Source: Eledone cirrhosa (taxonomy: Eukaryota). From it: 64,000 nt of DNA. The stretch is taken from assembly GCA_964016885.1 (NCBI GenBank), contig OZ024743.1, positions 187,798,001-187,862,000 on the forward strand, given 5' to 3'. Below the pieces are notes generated by a model. That model had not been told where the DNA came from and did no database searches. It saw only the letters and a list, made by a program, of their open reading frames with translations. Within the stretch, counting starts at the first letter, position 1; every line of letters starts with the position of its first letter. Shown piece by piece: positions 23,900 through 35,638 of this stretch. The position numbers were made by a program, and so were the translations under genes.

Positions 23900-24574
23900 C
23901 TCTCTCTTTTATTCTCTTAGCTTCTATGACTCCTAAATATATGTACCTAATATTTTATCTATTTGCTTTATTCTTTCACCCATAAGAAGTTAATTTCCTC
24001 CTAAATCAGTTAATTTTCCTCTTTCTATAGTAGGCATTCCACACATGTTAAATCCCAATTTCATTCTTATGTCATCACTGAATATTGGTACAATGTTCAC
24101 CAAATGCCAGGTTATTTTTTATTCTTACTGAATAATTTCAAGTCACCCATGAATATTTGGTGGTTTGTACTTTGTTCATCTTTCTTTTATTCATATACTG
24201 TTTTTAACCTTTCTCATGATATGAGCCAGAGAGATCATACTGATTATAAATAGTGAAGGTCTTCCATTTGGAATATTCCTCCAATTTTACCATAGGTTTT
24301 TCAGGTTTTTTACTCTCTGTTATGTGTTCACTATTTCTGAGGAATGATTGAATATGTTCAAGCATTTTATGATTTGGGAATGGAGTGCCATATAAAAAGA
24401 ACTTTCTATAATCAAATCCAGGCCATAGCTAACCATTTCTGTCTTCTTTTAAAGTTTTGTATTATTGTTTTATCAATTCAGAGTTGAATTTTTGTTCCTT
24501 TGTTCAATTTTCAGTGACATTTTTGTTCTTCTGGCTGCAAACTTTTGATATTAACGTATTGGTAGATTTTGGTG

Positions 24575-24856
24575 GAGATGATGTTAGATCACAACTCCGA
24601 TATTATAGGCATATGGTTAGAATGTCTCAGGAAAGAATCACTCGACAGATTTTATGGGCAGGACATGCAGGGGTAGACCCCAAGCAAGATGGTTGGATAA
24701 GATCCATAAGCTTGGCTGGTCTTGCTTGGGGATCCAGCTGGATCAGTTGGAGAAGGTTGCTTCTCACAGGACTATCTGGAAGGAGTATTTGAGGACTCTG
24801 CTTCCACGACACTCTCAGGAATGAGTGGGCACAGAAGAAGAAGAAGAAGAAGAAGA
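24575..24856 (+). mobile_element. RTE-like LINE 3' end with (GAA)n tail
   Basis: RSQLRYYRHMVRMSQERITRQIL and GRPK-RW-like motifs, followed by (AGA)n. Confidence 0.65.
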
Positions 24857-24860
24857 TAAT

Positions 24861-25041
24861 TGTTTCTACTTTTGGCACAAGGCCTCCAATTATTCCAGTG
24901 TATTACTGGTACTTCATTATATCAACCCCTTAAGGATGAAAGGCAAAGTTAACCTTGGCGAGATTTGAACTCAGACCATAAAGGGCCATAACTCTTTGCT
25001 GCAAAATATGGCGTCCGACCCTCTACTGATACTGCCAATCC
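24861..25041 (-). mobile_element. tRNA-derived SINE (Nin/Deu-like)
   Basis: Reverse complement of the 10741 family. TSD AAGATAAT. Confidence 0.85.
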
Positions 25042-25399
25042 AAGATAATGTTAGTTGTTTCCACTGCATGTGGAAGCAAATGTTAGATCTGTATTTGATT
25101 ATTTCATCTTCTTTCAGATTTTTCATTTTATTATAAACACTGTTCCTTTGGTTAACCAAATAGGAACAGAATTAGAATTGAGGAATTCATATAATAACAA
25201 TTGTGCCATTCTCTGGTGTAGTGACTTGAAGTTCTTAATCTAGTAGTAACCTTGCACTATATCCAGGCTCAGTGATTTCCATTTAGGGTAATATTTTGCT
25301 TGACTTTTGAGCACCCCTACAGTTATATCTAGGTTCTTTTGTTTATCATCTTCCTTATACATTTCTCTTTCTACTTTCAAAATCTACCTTCCCCATCAT

Positions 25400-26320
25400 T
25401 TGGTGTCAAAGGTATCTAACTGGTTTTCTTGGCAGGTCTTCACACTCCACGTTTCGCACACACAAGAAAATTGAAAAAAAAATTGCTATTGTAGAATCTC
25501 ATCTTGGTACCAAACAAAATATTTCACTTCCCAGATCTTGTTGAGTTGTTTAAAGGCAGCCAGAGCTTGGCCTATTCTGCAATTAAATTTTTTACATCAT
25601 GTCCCCACTTCTGTTGATAGGGCTTCCGAGGTAGGTAAAGCCATCCATGACCTCCACCTCCCCATGATTGATGCAGATGTTTGTTGGCAATGATTAATAT
25701 TTAATGCATGTTCTTGGTCTGTAGATGATCCAATCTCATCTATCAGATACTGCAAATTAGATGCATCTTTCGCTATGGCCACAATATTATCTACAAAGTG
25801 AAGGTCTGAGAGCTTCCATTCCTCTAGCCAGTCAATCTTATTATCTTCTGTTGCCCTTCTGAGAAACCAGCCAATGGCAATAGCAAAGAGAATCAGAGAC
25901 AGAGCACATCCTTAACAGACTCACGTGATGGACATATCATGAAAGATGTACTGCCAGGTTAACCTGATTCAAATAAAAGAGGCAGTCGATCATGTCTTGC
26001 ATGAGCAACAAGCTGGATTCTGACCTAAACGCTCATGTACCAATAAGATATTTACTCTATTTAAAATATTTACTCATTTACAACATCGAGAAATACAATG
26101 AATTCCAAGTACCACTTGCCATCACACTCATTGACTTTACAAAAGCATTTGAAAGCCTACACAAACCGTCCTTATGAGGGATGATACAAACTTATGGTAT
26201 ACCCTCCAAGGTTATCTCAGCAATTAAGGTTTTATATACTGGTTCAAAATACTGTGTAAGAACTGAGGGTGGCTATAGTGAATGGTTTGCTAATAGTGTA
26301 CTAGTCTGAAACTGGTGTCA
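25400..26320 (-). mobile_element. Old degenerate RTE RT fragment with 5' inversion
   Basis: About 25400-25930 (-) has QGC-LS-ILF, LHFVDNI (YADD relic) and FTYLGS. About 25950-26320 (+) has QAGF, IDFTKAFESL, YGIP, SEWF and ETGV. Confidence 0.7.
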
Positions 26321-26414
26321 TATTTATTTTCTGCTGATGTTGCATTGCTTATATGGTTAAGACACTTAATTCTATATAGTCAAATTCATGTAGCTCAGTG
26401 TAAATTCACATCTG

Positions 26415-26750
26415 TGTGCTAGTGCCATGACAAAAAGCAACCATGCTGATGCCACTACAGAAAACATCTAATCTATCTTCAAAGGTGGTTGTATTGGTGC
26501 TATAAATTGCACCCAGTCTACTCTGTAAGGTGGTAATGCTGGTGCCATGATAAAAAAGCATCCAGTCAACTCTGTAAGGATGTAGAGGTGCCATTATGTG
26601 TGGTTGGCATTAGGATGGGTATCCAACTATAGAAAACCAAGCCAAAACATGAGCAAGATGTGATTTCCTGACCTGTCTAGCCTCATAATTTGACAGCCCA
26701 CCTAATCCATTCAAGCATGAAAAATAGACATTAAGCAGTGATGATGATGA
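26415..26750 (+). mobile_element. Degenerate RTE-tailed SINE-like element
   Basis: Repeated GCACCCAGTC-ACTCTGTAA units, GTGGTTGGCATTAGGATGGGTATCC and a GATGATGA tail. Confidence 0.65.
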
Positions 26751-27389
26751 AGCAGAGTGCTAATTTAATTTGTTTACTCACAAAAGGGAGACTAATTTGT
26801 TTTATCAAAAGAACACAGATATAGTTGTGTGGGAAAGAGTTTGCTTCACAAACTTATGATTCCTGGTTCAATCCCATAAGTATTATATTGCATATACTTC
26901 AAGCCTTGTGAGAGAAATTTAACACAGCAGAAGAGAAGCCCATTGGATGGACTCTACATGTGATACTCTTGGGTGATAAATCCAAGTCATCATTTGGTTT
27001 TACAGTATTACAAGGCCTTTTATTTTGTATTTAGTTGACTCTTCCTCTTGTATGTTTTCACACCAAGCTTTCTGTCAAGGTTAACTCAATATCTCGATTC
27101 ATTGTTTAATCCAACTACAATACAGGAGTTGTGATTTTTTCCTCCACTATCCTTACCAAAGTTATGAGACCTACCCTGTCTTCTTTGACTGAGAAGTAAA
27201 AAAACAAAATGGAGAAAACCTTAACATTTATTTACTTAGTACTCGAGAAATTGAACCTTAACACGGGATATATACAGCAGAGGATATATAACTAGACACA
27301 ATTCTTCATAGGGTTTATGGATTTACTTGAGGAATTAATATTGAGTTTAGATTACAAGCATGCACTAGGGTTCCCTTGAAGAGAAGAAA

Positions 27390-27425
<36 letters not shown>

Positions 27426-28397
27426 TTTTAACATAATTAAAAACGCAAATATTGTACTAGATAAAGAAATAAAAAAAGAAAATTACACTAAATACCAGCT
27501 TACAAATGCTTATGGATCTAGATAAAGTACAACACAAGATCTAGATAAACACAAGATCTAGATAAAGTACAACACAAATGAAAGAAAATATTAGAAATGA
27601 ATATTATAGATGCATTGGAATAATAATTCAAGTAGAACTAAATGCAAAAAATACCCACATTGACCTAATAACACATCTCCAGTAAATTAATTTAGAATAT
27701 ACTGTAATACCGAAAATCTAGCATAGAAATATATTTATTATGAAAACAAGGAAGTGGGAACTTTGTGCAATCAAAAAACTAATATGAATATTGTAAAATG
27801 AATGTAAATAATGACAAAAAAAAAATGAACAAATCAAGTAAGTGTTTTTGTAGTCACAGATAAATACAAAACAAAAGCTCAAATGACAAACATCTGTGAA
27901 GATGAATGAAAAATTTTAACAGAAATTGGGAAATAATGAAAAAAAATAAGGAAAAAAATAATGGAATCAGAAGGCTAAATGTATGCTAAAAAATAATAGG
28001 GGAGTTCATTAATTTGTTTTCCATTTAGGCTAATTGCTTTTTGATGCTCTTGCTTTCTTTTACTTCTATCATCAATATTTTTCTACCATTCTTCAGACTC
28101 CACCTCCCTGCCACTGCAATATGATGAGGTGGAACTGCTGCTCAGATCCTCTGACTTACACTGTATTGAAATATGAGACTCCTCTATGAACTGTTCTATT
28201 CCATAGACTATATGTCTGAGTAGCACTGAAAATGTTGGAACTGAGATTAGTAGTCTTTTGAGAAAATTGGCTGGGCCCATTTCGGTTTTTCCTTCAGGCA
28301 CCATACTGTTGTCATGACATCTGCTGCTATTGCCTGCTCCCTTTTTCTCTTTTCCTTGTTAGAAGGCCATGAGCTAGCCTGTGCTACCAAGTAGCAT

Positions 28398-28946
28398 CAT
28401 CATCATCATCATCATCATCAGGTTTAGCGTCCGTGTTCCACGCTTGCATGGGTTTGGACGGGGGTTTTCCCACTTGAGGCAAGAGTGATTGTCTTGCTCG
28501 CATAGGACTGTCTGGCGGGTTTTCTACAGTTGGATGCCCTTCCTAACACCAACCACATTTACAGTGTGGGGCTGGGAGGTTTTTACCGTGTTGCCTACAC
28601 GGCCACATTTACAGCGTGGACTGTCTGGCGGGTTTTTTTGTCGTGACACCTACACGATCTCATTTGTTTCGGCCTGGATGTTGTGGGACCAACATAACTG
28701 TACATTGAAAGGGGCGGTGTGGATGGGGTGGAGGTGGTGGGACGGGGGGGTGTTTTGATAGAGATGCCTACTGACTGTAGTAGGTTTTTTACTTTGTATT
28801 TAGGTAAGGCGGGTCTTCTCTATTACTGAGTACCGCCAAAGGTCTCGGTCCAGTGACATTGTCTTGGAGAGGTGTAAGCGTGTGAGGTCGGAATTTATCA
28901 GCTCGTCCCATGTTTTTCTGGGTCTGCCTACTCCGTGGCTACCGTC
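28398..28946 (-). mobile_element. RTE family A 3' fragment
   Basis: Reverse complement of about 50300-50830. TSD TAGCAT at 28392-28397 and 28947-28952. Confidence 0.93.
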
Positions 28947-29103
28947 TAGCATATAGGGGACAACTCTGGTCATCTTTTAGTCTTATTGTGACTTCATCAG
29001 TAAAGTATATATAGCCTTTATTGTACTTTCTAAAATAGAGATAGGAAATTCATTGAAGGATTGTTCAAAATTGTAAATTTGTTGGCAGAGGAAAATAAAA
29101 TGA

Positions 29104-29310
29104 TTCAGAAATTATATCATTCAGAGTTACCATCTGCATGTATGTATGTATGTATGTATGTATGTATGTATGAATGAAGGTTTATAAAAATGTAAAATAT
29201 AAATTCACAACAAACAAAGAAAAGCAATATATCAGTAGACATTCTTGCATTGTAGCTTTATGTTGAATATATACAAAGAACTTAAATAAATAAGCACTCT
29301 CACCACTATA
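29104..29310. repeat. Left arm of an inverted repeat pairing with 34342-34601
   Basis: TTCAGAAATT...GAGTTACCATCTGC(ATGT)n...CAGTAGACATTCTTGCA...CACCACTATA is the reverse complement of the right arm. Confidence 0.88.
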
Positions 29311-29325
29311 TATATATATATATAT

Positions 29326-29652
29326 ATCATCATCATCATCATTTCATTTTACGTCCGCTTTTCCATGCTAGCAAGGGTGGGACGGGAACTGATTCTGGCT
29401 TGATTTCTACAGCTGGATGCCCTTCCTAACACCAACCTCATTTACAGTGAGAGCTGGGTGCTTTTTTGCCGTGGCACCTCCACGACCACTTTGCAGTGGA
29501 ATGATATGGACCCCCAGTCCGTATCATCTCATTTCTACAGCTGAGTAAACTGGAGCAATGTGAAATAAAGTGTCTTGCTCAAGGAAACAACACATCACCC
29601 GGTCTGAGAATTGAACTCACAACCTTTCGATTGCAAGGCCAATGCTCTAACC
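29326..29652 (-). mobile_element. CORE-like SINE with RTE family B tail
   Basis: Reverse complement of the 16136 and 54781 family. Confidence 0.88.
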
Positions 29653-29700
29653 ATATATATATATATATATATATAAACATATATATATATATATATATAT

Positions 29701-31916
29701 AAACCGTGATATTGTCGGGGAGAAGTGTGTACTTAACGATGACGGCGTACTTGCCATCACCGACGCCGATAAGAAGGTAGCTTGGAAGTGTCACTATAAA
29801 AGGCTACTAAATGAGGAGAATAAATGGGAGAAAGACAGTCTCCCCCACATCGACCCAATAGAGGGACCAGCAGTGTTAGTCGAGGGTAGTATAATAAGTA
29901 AGGCAATCAAAGATATGAAGACAGGCAAGGCGGCTGGGCCTTCGGAAATAGTTGCCGAGATGCTGAAGGCATCTGGTACGGTGGGACACACCATGGTCAC
30001 CCGGATAGTCAACCAAGTCATACAGAATGGGGTTGTTCCGAAGGACTGGCGTAGCAGCATCATCGTTAACTGCTATAAGGGTAAAGGAGATGCCCTAGAT
30101 AGGAGTAACTATAGAGGCATTAAATTAATCGACCAGGTCCTGAAGGTCACGGAAAAAGTAATAGCGCAACTAATCAGAGAGCGAATTGATCTAGATGAAA
30201 TGCAGTTCGGGTTTGTGTCAGGAAAAAGTACCACAGACGCTCTTTTCATTGTACGACAACTACAGGAGAAGTACCTAGCTAAAAGTAAACCCCTATACTT
30301 AGCTTTCGTCGACTCGGAGAAGGCCTTCGACAGAGTCCCCCGTTCCATTATCTGGTGGGCTCTTAGAAAACTAGGTGTTGATGAATGGCTTGTGAGAGCT
30401 ATACAAGCCATGTATAAAGAAACAGTCAGCAAGGTTAGAATTAACAACGAATATAGTGAAGAGTTTAGTGTAAAAGTTGGTGTTCATCAGGGCTCTGTTC
30501 TTAGCCCCCTACTATTTATTATCGCCCTCCAGGCTATAACAGTGGAGTTCAAGACCGGCTGCCCATGGGAACTCCTATACGCAGATGATCTAACGCTCAT
30601 AGCTGAATCAATGGCCGAGCTAGAGAAGAAATTCCAAACATGGAAGCACGGCCTAGAATCAAAAGGCCTTAAAATTAACCTGGCTAAGACTAAAGTTCTA
30701 GTTTGTAAGAAAGAAAATAAGGCGGCGGTCCCCTCCGGGAAGTGGCCATGCTCAGAGTGTAGGAAAGGCGTAGGTAGAAATTCCATTTTGTGTCCCAAAT
30801 GCAAAGTTTGGGTGCATAAAAGATGTAGTGGGATCACAGGTAAACTAACTAAGAACATAGATTTTACATGTAGCCGGTGTTCTGGGGCAATAAGTAGCAG
30901 CAAGTGCCCACAAAATACTAGCTCTTTCAACTGCGCAGAGGGTTCTATAGAAATAGTGGACAGCTTCCGTTACCTGGGTGACAAAATCAGCAGTGGGGGA
31001 GGGTGCTCTGAAAGCACAGGAGCTAGAGTCAGAACTGGGTGGAAAAAGTTCAGAGAGCTTATACCATTATTAGCCGCTAAAGGCTTCTCCCTAAAAATGA
31101 AAGGCAGGTTGTACGATGCCTGCATACGAACAGCAATGTTGCATGGCAGTGAGACCTGGGCATTGTGTGCAGAGGATATATGCAGACTAGAGAGGAACGA
31201 AGCTTGCATGCTCCGCTGGATGTGTAATAGTAATATACGTGAACGACAAAGCATAAACGAACTAAGAAAAAAATTAGAAATAAGAGGGATCAGATGTTGT
31301 TTACTAGAGAGAAGGATACGTTGGTATGGTCACGTGATGCGCATGAAGGACGATAGCTGTATAACAAAGTGCAGGGCAATAAAGATAGACGGTAGCCACG
31401 GAATAGGCAGACCCAGAAAAACCTGGGACGACATGATAAACTACGACCTCACACACTTACACCTCACCAAGACAATGTCACTGGACCGAGACCTTTGGCG
31501 GTACTCAGTAATAGAGAAGACCCGCCTTACCTAAATACAAAGTAAAACCTACTACAGTCAGTAGGCATCTCTAACAAAATACACCCCCCCCCCCACCCCA
31601 TCCACACCGCCCCCTTCTATGTAAAGTTATGTTGGTGCCACACCATCCTGGCCGAAACAAATGAGATCGTGTAGGTGTCACGACAAAAAAACACACAATC
31701 CACGCTGTAATGTGGCCGTGTAGGCAACACGGTAAAAACCTCCCAGACCCACACTGTAAATGTGGTTGGTGTTAGGAAGGGCATTCAACTGTAGAAAACC
31801 TGCCAGACAGTCCTATGCGAGCAAGACAATCACTCTTGCCTCAAGTGGGAAAACCCCCGTCCAAACCCATGCAAGCGTGGAACACGGACGTTAAACGTTG
31901 ATGATGATGATGATGA
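29701..31916 (+). mobile_element. RTE family A, 5'-truncated
   Basis: ORF 29873-31534 (RT + PHD), 3' UTR and (GAT)n tail. Sits between (TA)n tracts. Confidence 0.96.
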
Positions 31917-31930
31917 TATATATATATATA

Positions 31931-33983
31931 TTAGGTTGTCTCACATGAAATGTCGTATTTTTAATAAGTTTCTTTATCAGCCATTTATAAGCTTGATTAT
32001 GTGTACGCTTGCGTTTAATCTTAACTATCTTTTATTCCAAACAATATTACCATTCAAAATCGCTACCCAGAATCCTATGACAATGTTGACAACTAAACAA
32101 TACTGAGTGGTTTTCTTGTACGAATATAAGCTGGATCCCTCGATCTCAAGCCCTACGAAACATTAAGCGAGCTTTTGGTAACGATTCTGTTGACACCAGA
32201 ACTGTCCAGAGATGGTTTCAAAGATTTCGTTCAGGAAATGAGAGCCTTAAAAATGAACCAAGAGGGAGACCCATATCAGTAATTCGACATGATGATTTGA
32301 ATGCTTTGGTTAAACAAAATCCGAGAACAACGGTTCGAAAAATCTCATCTGAGCTCCAGACATCTCTCTCAACTGTTTCTCGACACCTGAAGAAAATTGG
32401 AAAAGTCAAAAAGATGGACAGGTTTGTTCCACATCAACTTAATGAGATTCAAAGAAACAGGCGTCTTACAGTGTGTTGAATGTTGGTTTCTCGGCTCGAA
32501 AGCGATCCATTTTTGCATCGACTCATTACGTGTGATGAGAAATGGATAATCTTCGATAACAGCAGAAAGACTGGACAGGGGTTAGATGCAGAAGAGTCAC
32601 TGAAACACTACCCGAAACCACCATTGCACCCTAAGAAGTTGATGGTCACTGTATGGTAGTCTGCAAAGGGGATTATTCATTATTCATTTTTGCAACAAGG
32701 CAATACTGTAACAGCAACATCATATTGTCAGGAAATTGATCGTATGCATGAAAAATTGAAGAAGAAGCATCCCAGACTAGTGAATAGAGATGGCCCAATT
32801 TTGCTTCACGATAATACATGGCCTCACACCTCTCAAGCTATGGTCCACAAGTTGCAAAGTCTGAATTATGAAATTTTGCAACATCCTCTCTATTCTCCTG
32901 ATATCTCTCTTACTGATTATCACTTATTTAAGCATTTTGAGCTTTTTATACACAATAAAACATTCTTAAATAGAGAAGAGGTAATTGAAGCATTCGGACA
33001 ATTCATCAGTGCAAAAGATGATAAATTCTTTGAATCAGTAGAGGAGCTAGAGAATAAATTCTGGCTATGGAAACAGCAGTTGGAAGCAAGAGGACTGAGA
33101 GTGAATCTAGCTAAGACAAAAGTGTTGATGAGTAGAAAAGAGGACAAAACCCTGATTCCGTCAGGGAAATGGCCATGTTCGATATGCAGAAAAGGAACTG
33201 GCATAAAGTCTATAAAATGCAGACAATGCAGATCCTGGGTACACAAGAGATGTAGCGGGATAGCAGGCAAACTAACAGGTAGGGAGAAATATGTATGCAG
33301 TAGATGTACAGGGAAATTAGACAGTAGAAGTCGCATTGATAGACACATTTTTCAAATGCAGGAGGGCGCTATAGAAGTGGTGGATAGCTTCCGGTACCTA
33401 GGAGATCAGATTAGCATGGGAGGAGGGTGTTCCGAGGCCATAGTATCTAGAATAAGGATGGGTTGGAAGAAGTTTAGGGAGCTGCTTCCTCTGTTGACGA
33501 AGAAGGGTTTCTCCCTGCGTACGAAAGGCCGGTTGTATGATGCCTGTGTGAGGAGCGCGATGCTGCATGGTAGTGAGACATGGGCAGCAACTGCAGAGGA
33601 TATGCGACAGCTGGAGAGAAATGAGGCAAGCATGCTCCGTTGGATGTGCAGTGTAAATGTGCGTGAACGACCCAGCATAAATGTGTTGAGAGAGAAACTG
33701 TGTCTGAGAGGGATAGAATGTAGTGTACGGGAGAGGAGACTGAGGTGGTATGGACATGTGATGCGCATGGAGGATGACCGATGGGTGAAGAAGTGCCAGG
33801 AAATGCCAGTTGAAGGAAGACGTGGTAGAGGTAGACCATGAAAAACATGGTCGGAGGTGGTGAGAACAGACCTCAGATCATTGAAGCTCACGGTGGAGAT
33901 GACGAAGGACTGTGACGAGTGGAGAAATGCTGTGCTGAATAAGACCCATCCCACCCTTGCAAGCAGGGAAAAGTGGACGTAAA

Positions 33984-34027
<44 letters not shown>

Positions 34028-34297
34028 ATATATGCCTTAGAGGAACGTTGGGCGAAGGTCATATAATATAATAATAATGAAATTATTGTGTACAGTGCTC
34101 AGGTGCACTACAACTCATCAAAGGTGCATGTATAGTACATAGAATAATGTACAAATGTCAGGAAAATGAACAGTGTATGAGTCATGATATATTAATAATA
34201 ATATGTAAACAAGGATCACATTTTGAATAAATTAAACACTTAAAAACAATTTTATTCTTTCCATTTCAAATACGACATTTGATGTGAGACAACCTAA
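31931..34297 (+). mobile_element. Mariner (DD34D) DNA transposon, inactivated, with RTE insertion
   Basis: TIRs TTAGGTTGTCTCACATGAAATGTCGTATTT and AAATACGACATTTGATGTGAGACAACCTAA with TA TSD. Transposase motifs FVPHQL, ITCDEKW, LLHDN and YSPDISLTDYHLF. GIYALEERWAKVI resumes after the RTE. Confidence 0.95.
33032..34026 (+). mobile_element. RTE family B 3' fragment (PHD-containing) inserted in mariner
   Basis: GLRVNLAKTK, CSICRKG...CRQCRSWVHKRC...CSRC, FRYLG and WYGHVMR. Short 3' end CCCACCCTTGCAAGCAGGGAAAAGTGGACGTAAAA(TGA)n. Confidence 0.93.
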
Positions 34298-34341
34298 TAT
34301 ATATATATATGTATGTATGTATACATATATATATATATATA

Positions 34342-34601
34342 TATAGTGGTCAGAGTGCTTAATTATTTAAGTTCTTTGTATATATTCAACGTAAAGCTAC
34401 TATGCAAGAATGTCTACTGATATATTGCTTTTCTTTTCTTTGTTTGTTGTGAATTTATATTTGACATTTTTATAAACATTGATTCATACATACATACATA
34501 CATACATACATACATACATACATACATACATACATACATACATACATACATACATACATACATACATGCAGATGGTAACTCTGAATGATCTAATTTCTGA
34601 A
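34342..34601. repeat. Right arm of an inverted repeat pairing with 29104-29310
   Basis: Contains expanded (CATA)n; reverse complement of the left arm. Confidence 0.88.
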
Positions 34602-34964
34602 TATAGAAACACAAAGTATTCAAAATAAAATTAAATTGTTAAAAAAAAAACAACTATAGATTAATTAGTGCAATGATTAATACCCTTATCTAGAATTTTC
34701 TTTTAATGTAATTGAGACAATGCAAAATTGTAAAAATTGTTTTAGAAATATGATGCTAGCAATTTATGTGTCATATTATAGTAACCTCATTGCTTTTAGA
34801 ATTCACTTCAGATAATTGCAGCAATTAATTATCAATGTAAATTCCTCTCCTAATATATTGCAATAATACTTCTTGAAGAGTATCTCTTGTATTTCATACT
34901 GGAAGTTTAGAAAAAATAATTTTAGAATATCCCTGAACAACAACATACACTCCATCTTGAGTGG

Positions 34965-35130
34965 GTATTGTTGTTGTTGCTATTATCCTCCTCCTGATCA
35001 TCATCATCATCATTATTATTATTATTGATGTTCTTATTTTGTTGTTGTTGTTGTTCTTCTTCTTCTTCTTCTCCTCCTTCTTCTTCTTCATCTACTTCTT
35101 CTTCTTCTTCTTTTTCTTCTTCTTTTTCTT

Positions 35131-35169
<39 letters not shown>

Positions 35170-35170
35170 G
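34965..35170. repeat. Compound trinucleotide microsatellite (GTT/CAT/CTT/TTA)n
   Basis: Direct reading. Confidence 0.9.
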
Positions 35171-35171
35171 T

Positions 35172-35638
35172 TCTTTGAGTCTCAGTCATTGATGTTAGTT
35201 AACTGGAAAGTTTGTTGAAATGAATATCAAGCCACTACCTGCAGCCTCAGATATTCAGGACGTATCGGAGGGTTCTTGCTGTTCCCAGCAAGCATGCCTT
35301 TTGAAGCGTTCCAAAAAGCGTGAAGGGGCCAATTTTCTTTAACCATCCCTGGAAACTCCTTGAGATAGTCCCTAGTGCGCCTATGACAATCGAGACCACT
35401 TTGACTTCATGGCAGTTCCAAATCCTTTTTAACTCCCACTTTAAGTCCAGTTAATTTTCTCCCTCTCCTTCTCTTGCACTCTCGTGTCGAATGGGCAGGC
35501 CACATCCACAATCAGGCACGATCTTTTTCCAATGTCCAAAAAAACCACATCAGGTCTATTGTGTTCTAATTTCTTGTCCGTCTGTATCCTAAAATCCCAC
35601 AGCACCTTCACCTGATCGTTTTCTATCACCGCCTCTGG
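35172..35638 (-). mobile_element. R4/Dong-type RLE non-LTR retrotransposon 3' fragment (copy 1)
   Basis: KVLWDFRIQTDKKLEHNRPDVV...IVDVACP...EKI (PD-(D/E)xK restriction-like endonuclease) and QKACLLGTARTLR. Runs into (TAA)n; has a small frameshift. Confidence 0.88.

Noticed and set aside
28030-28390. Possible host exon (ORF 28083-28304)
   Set aside because: Short, with no recognisable domain or convincing splice context; cannot be supported.
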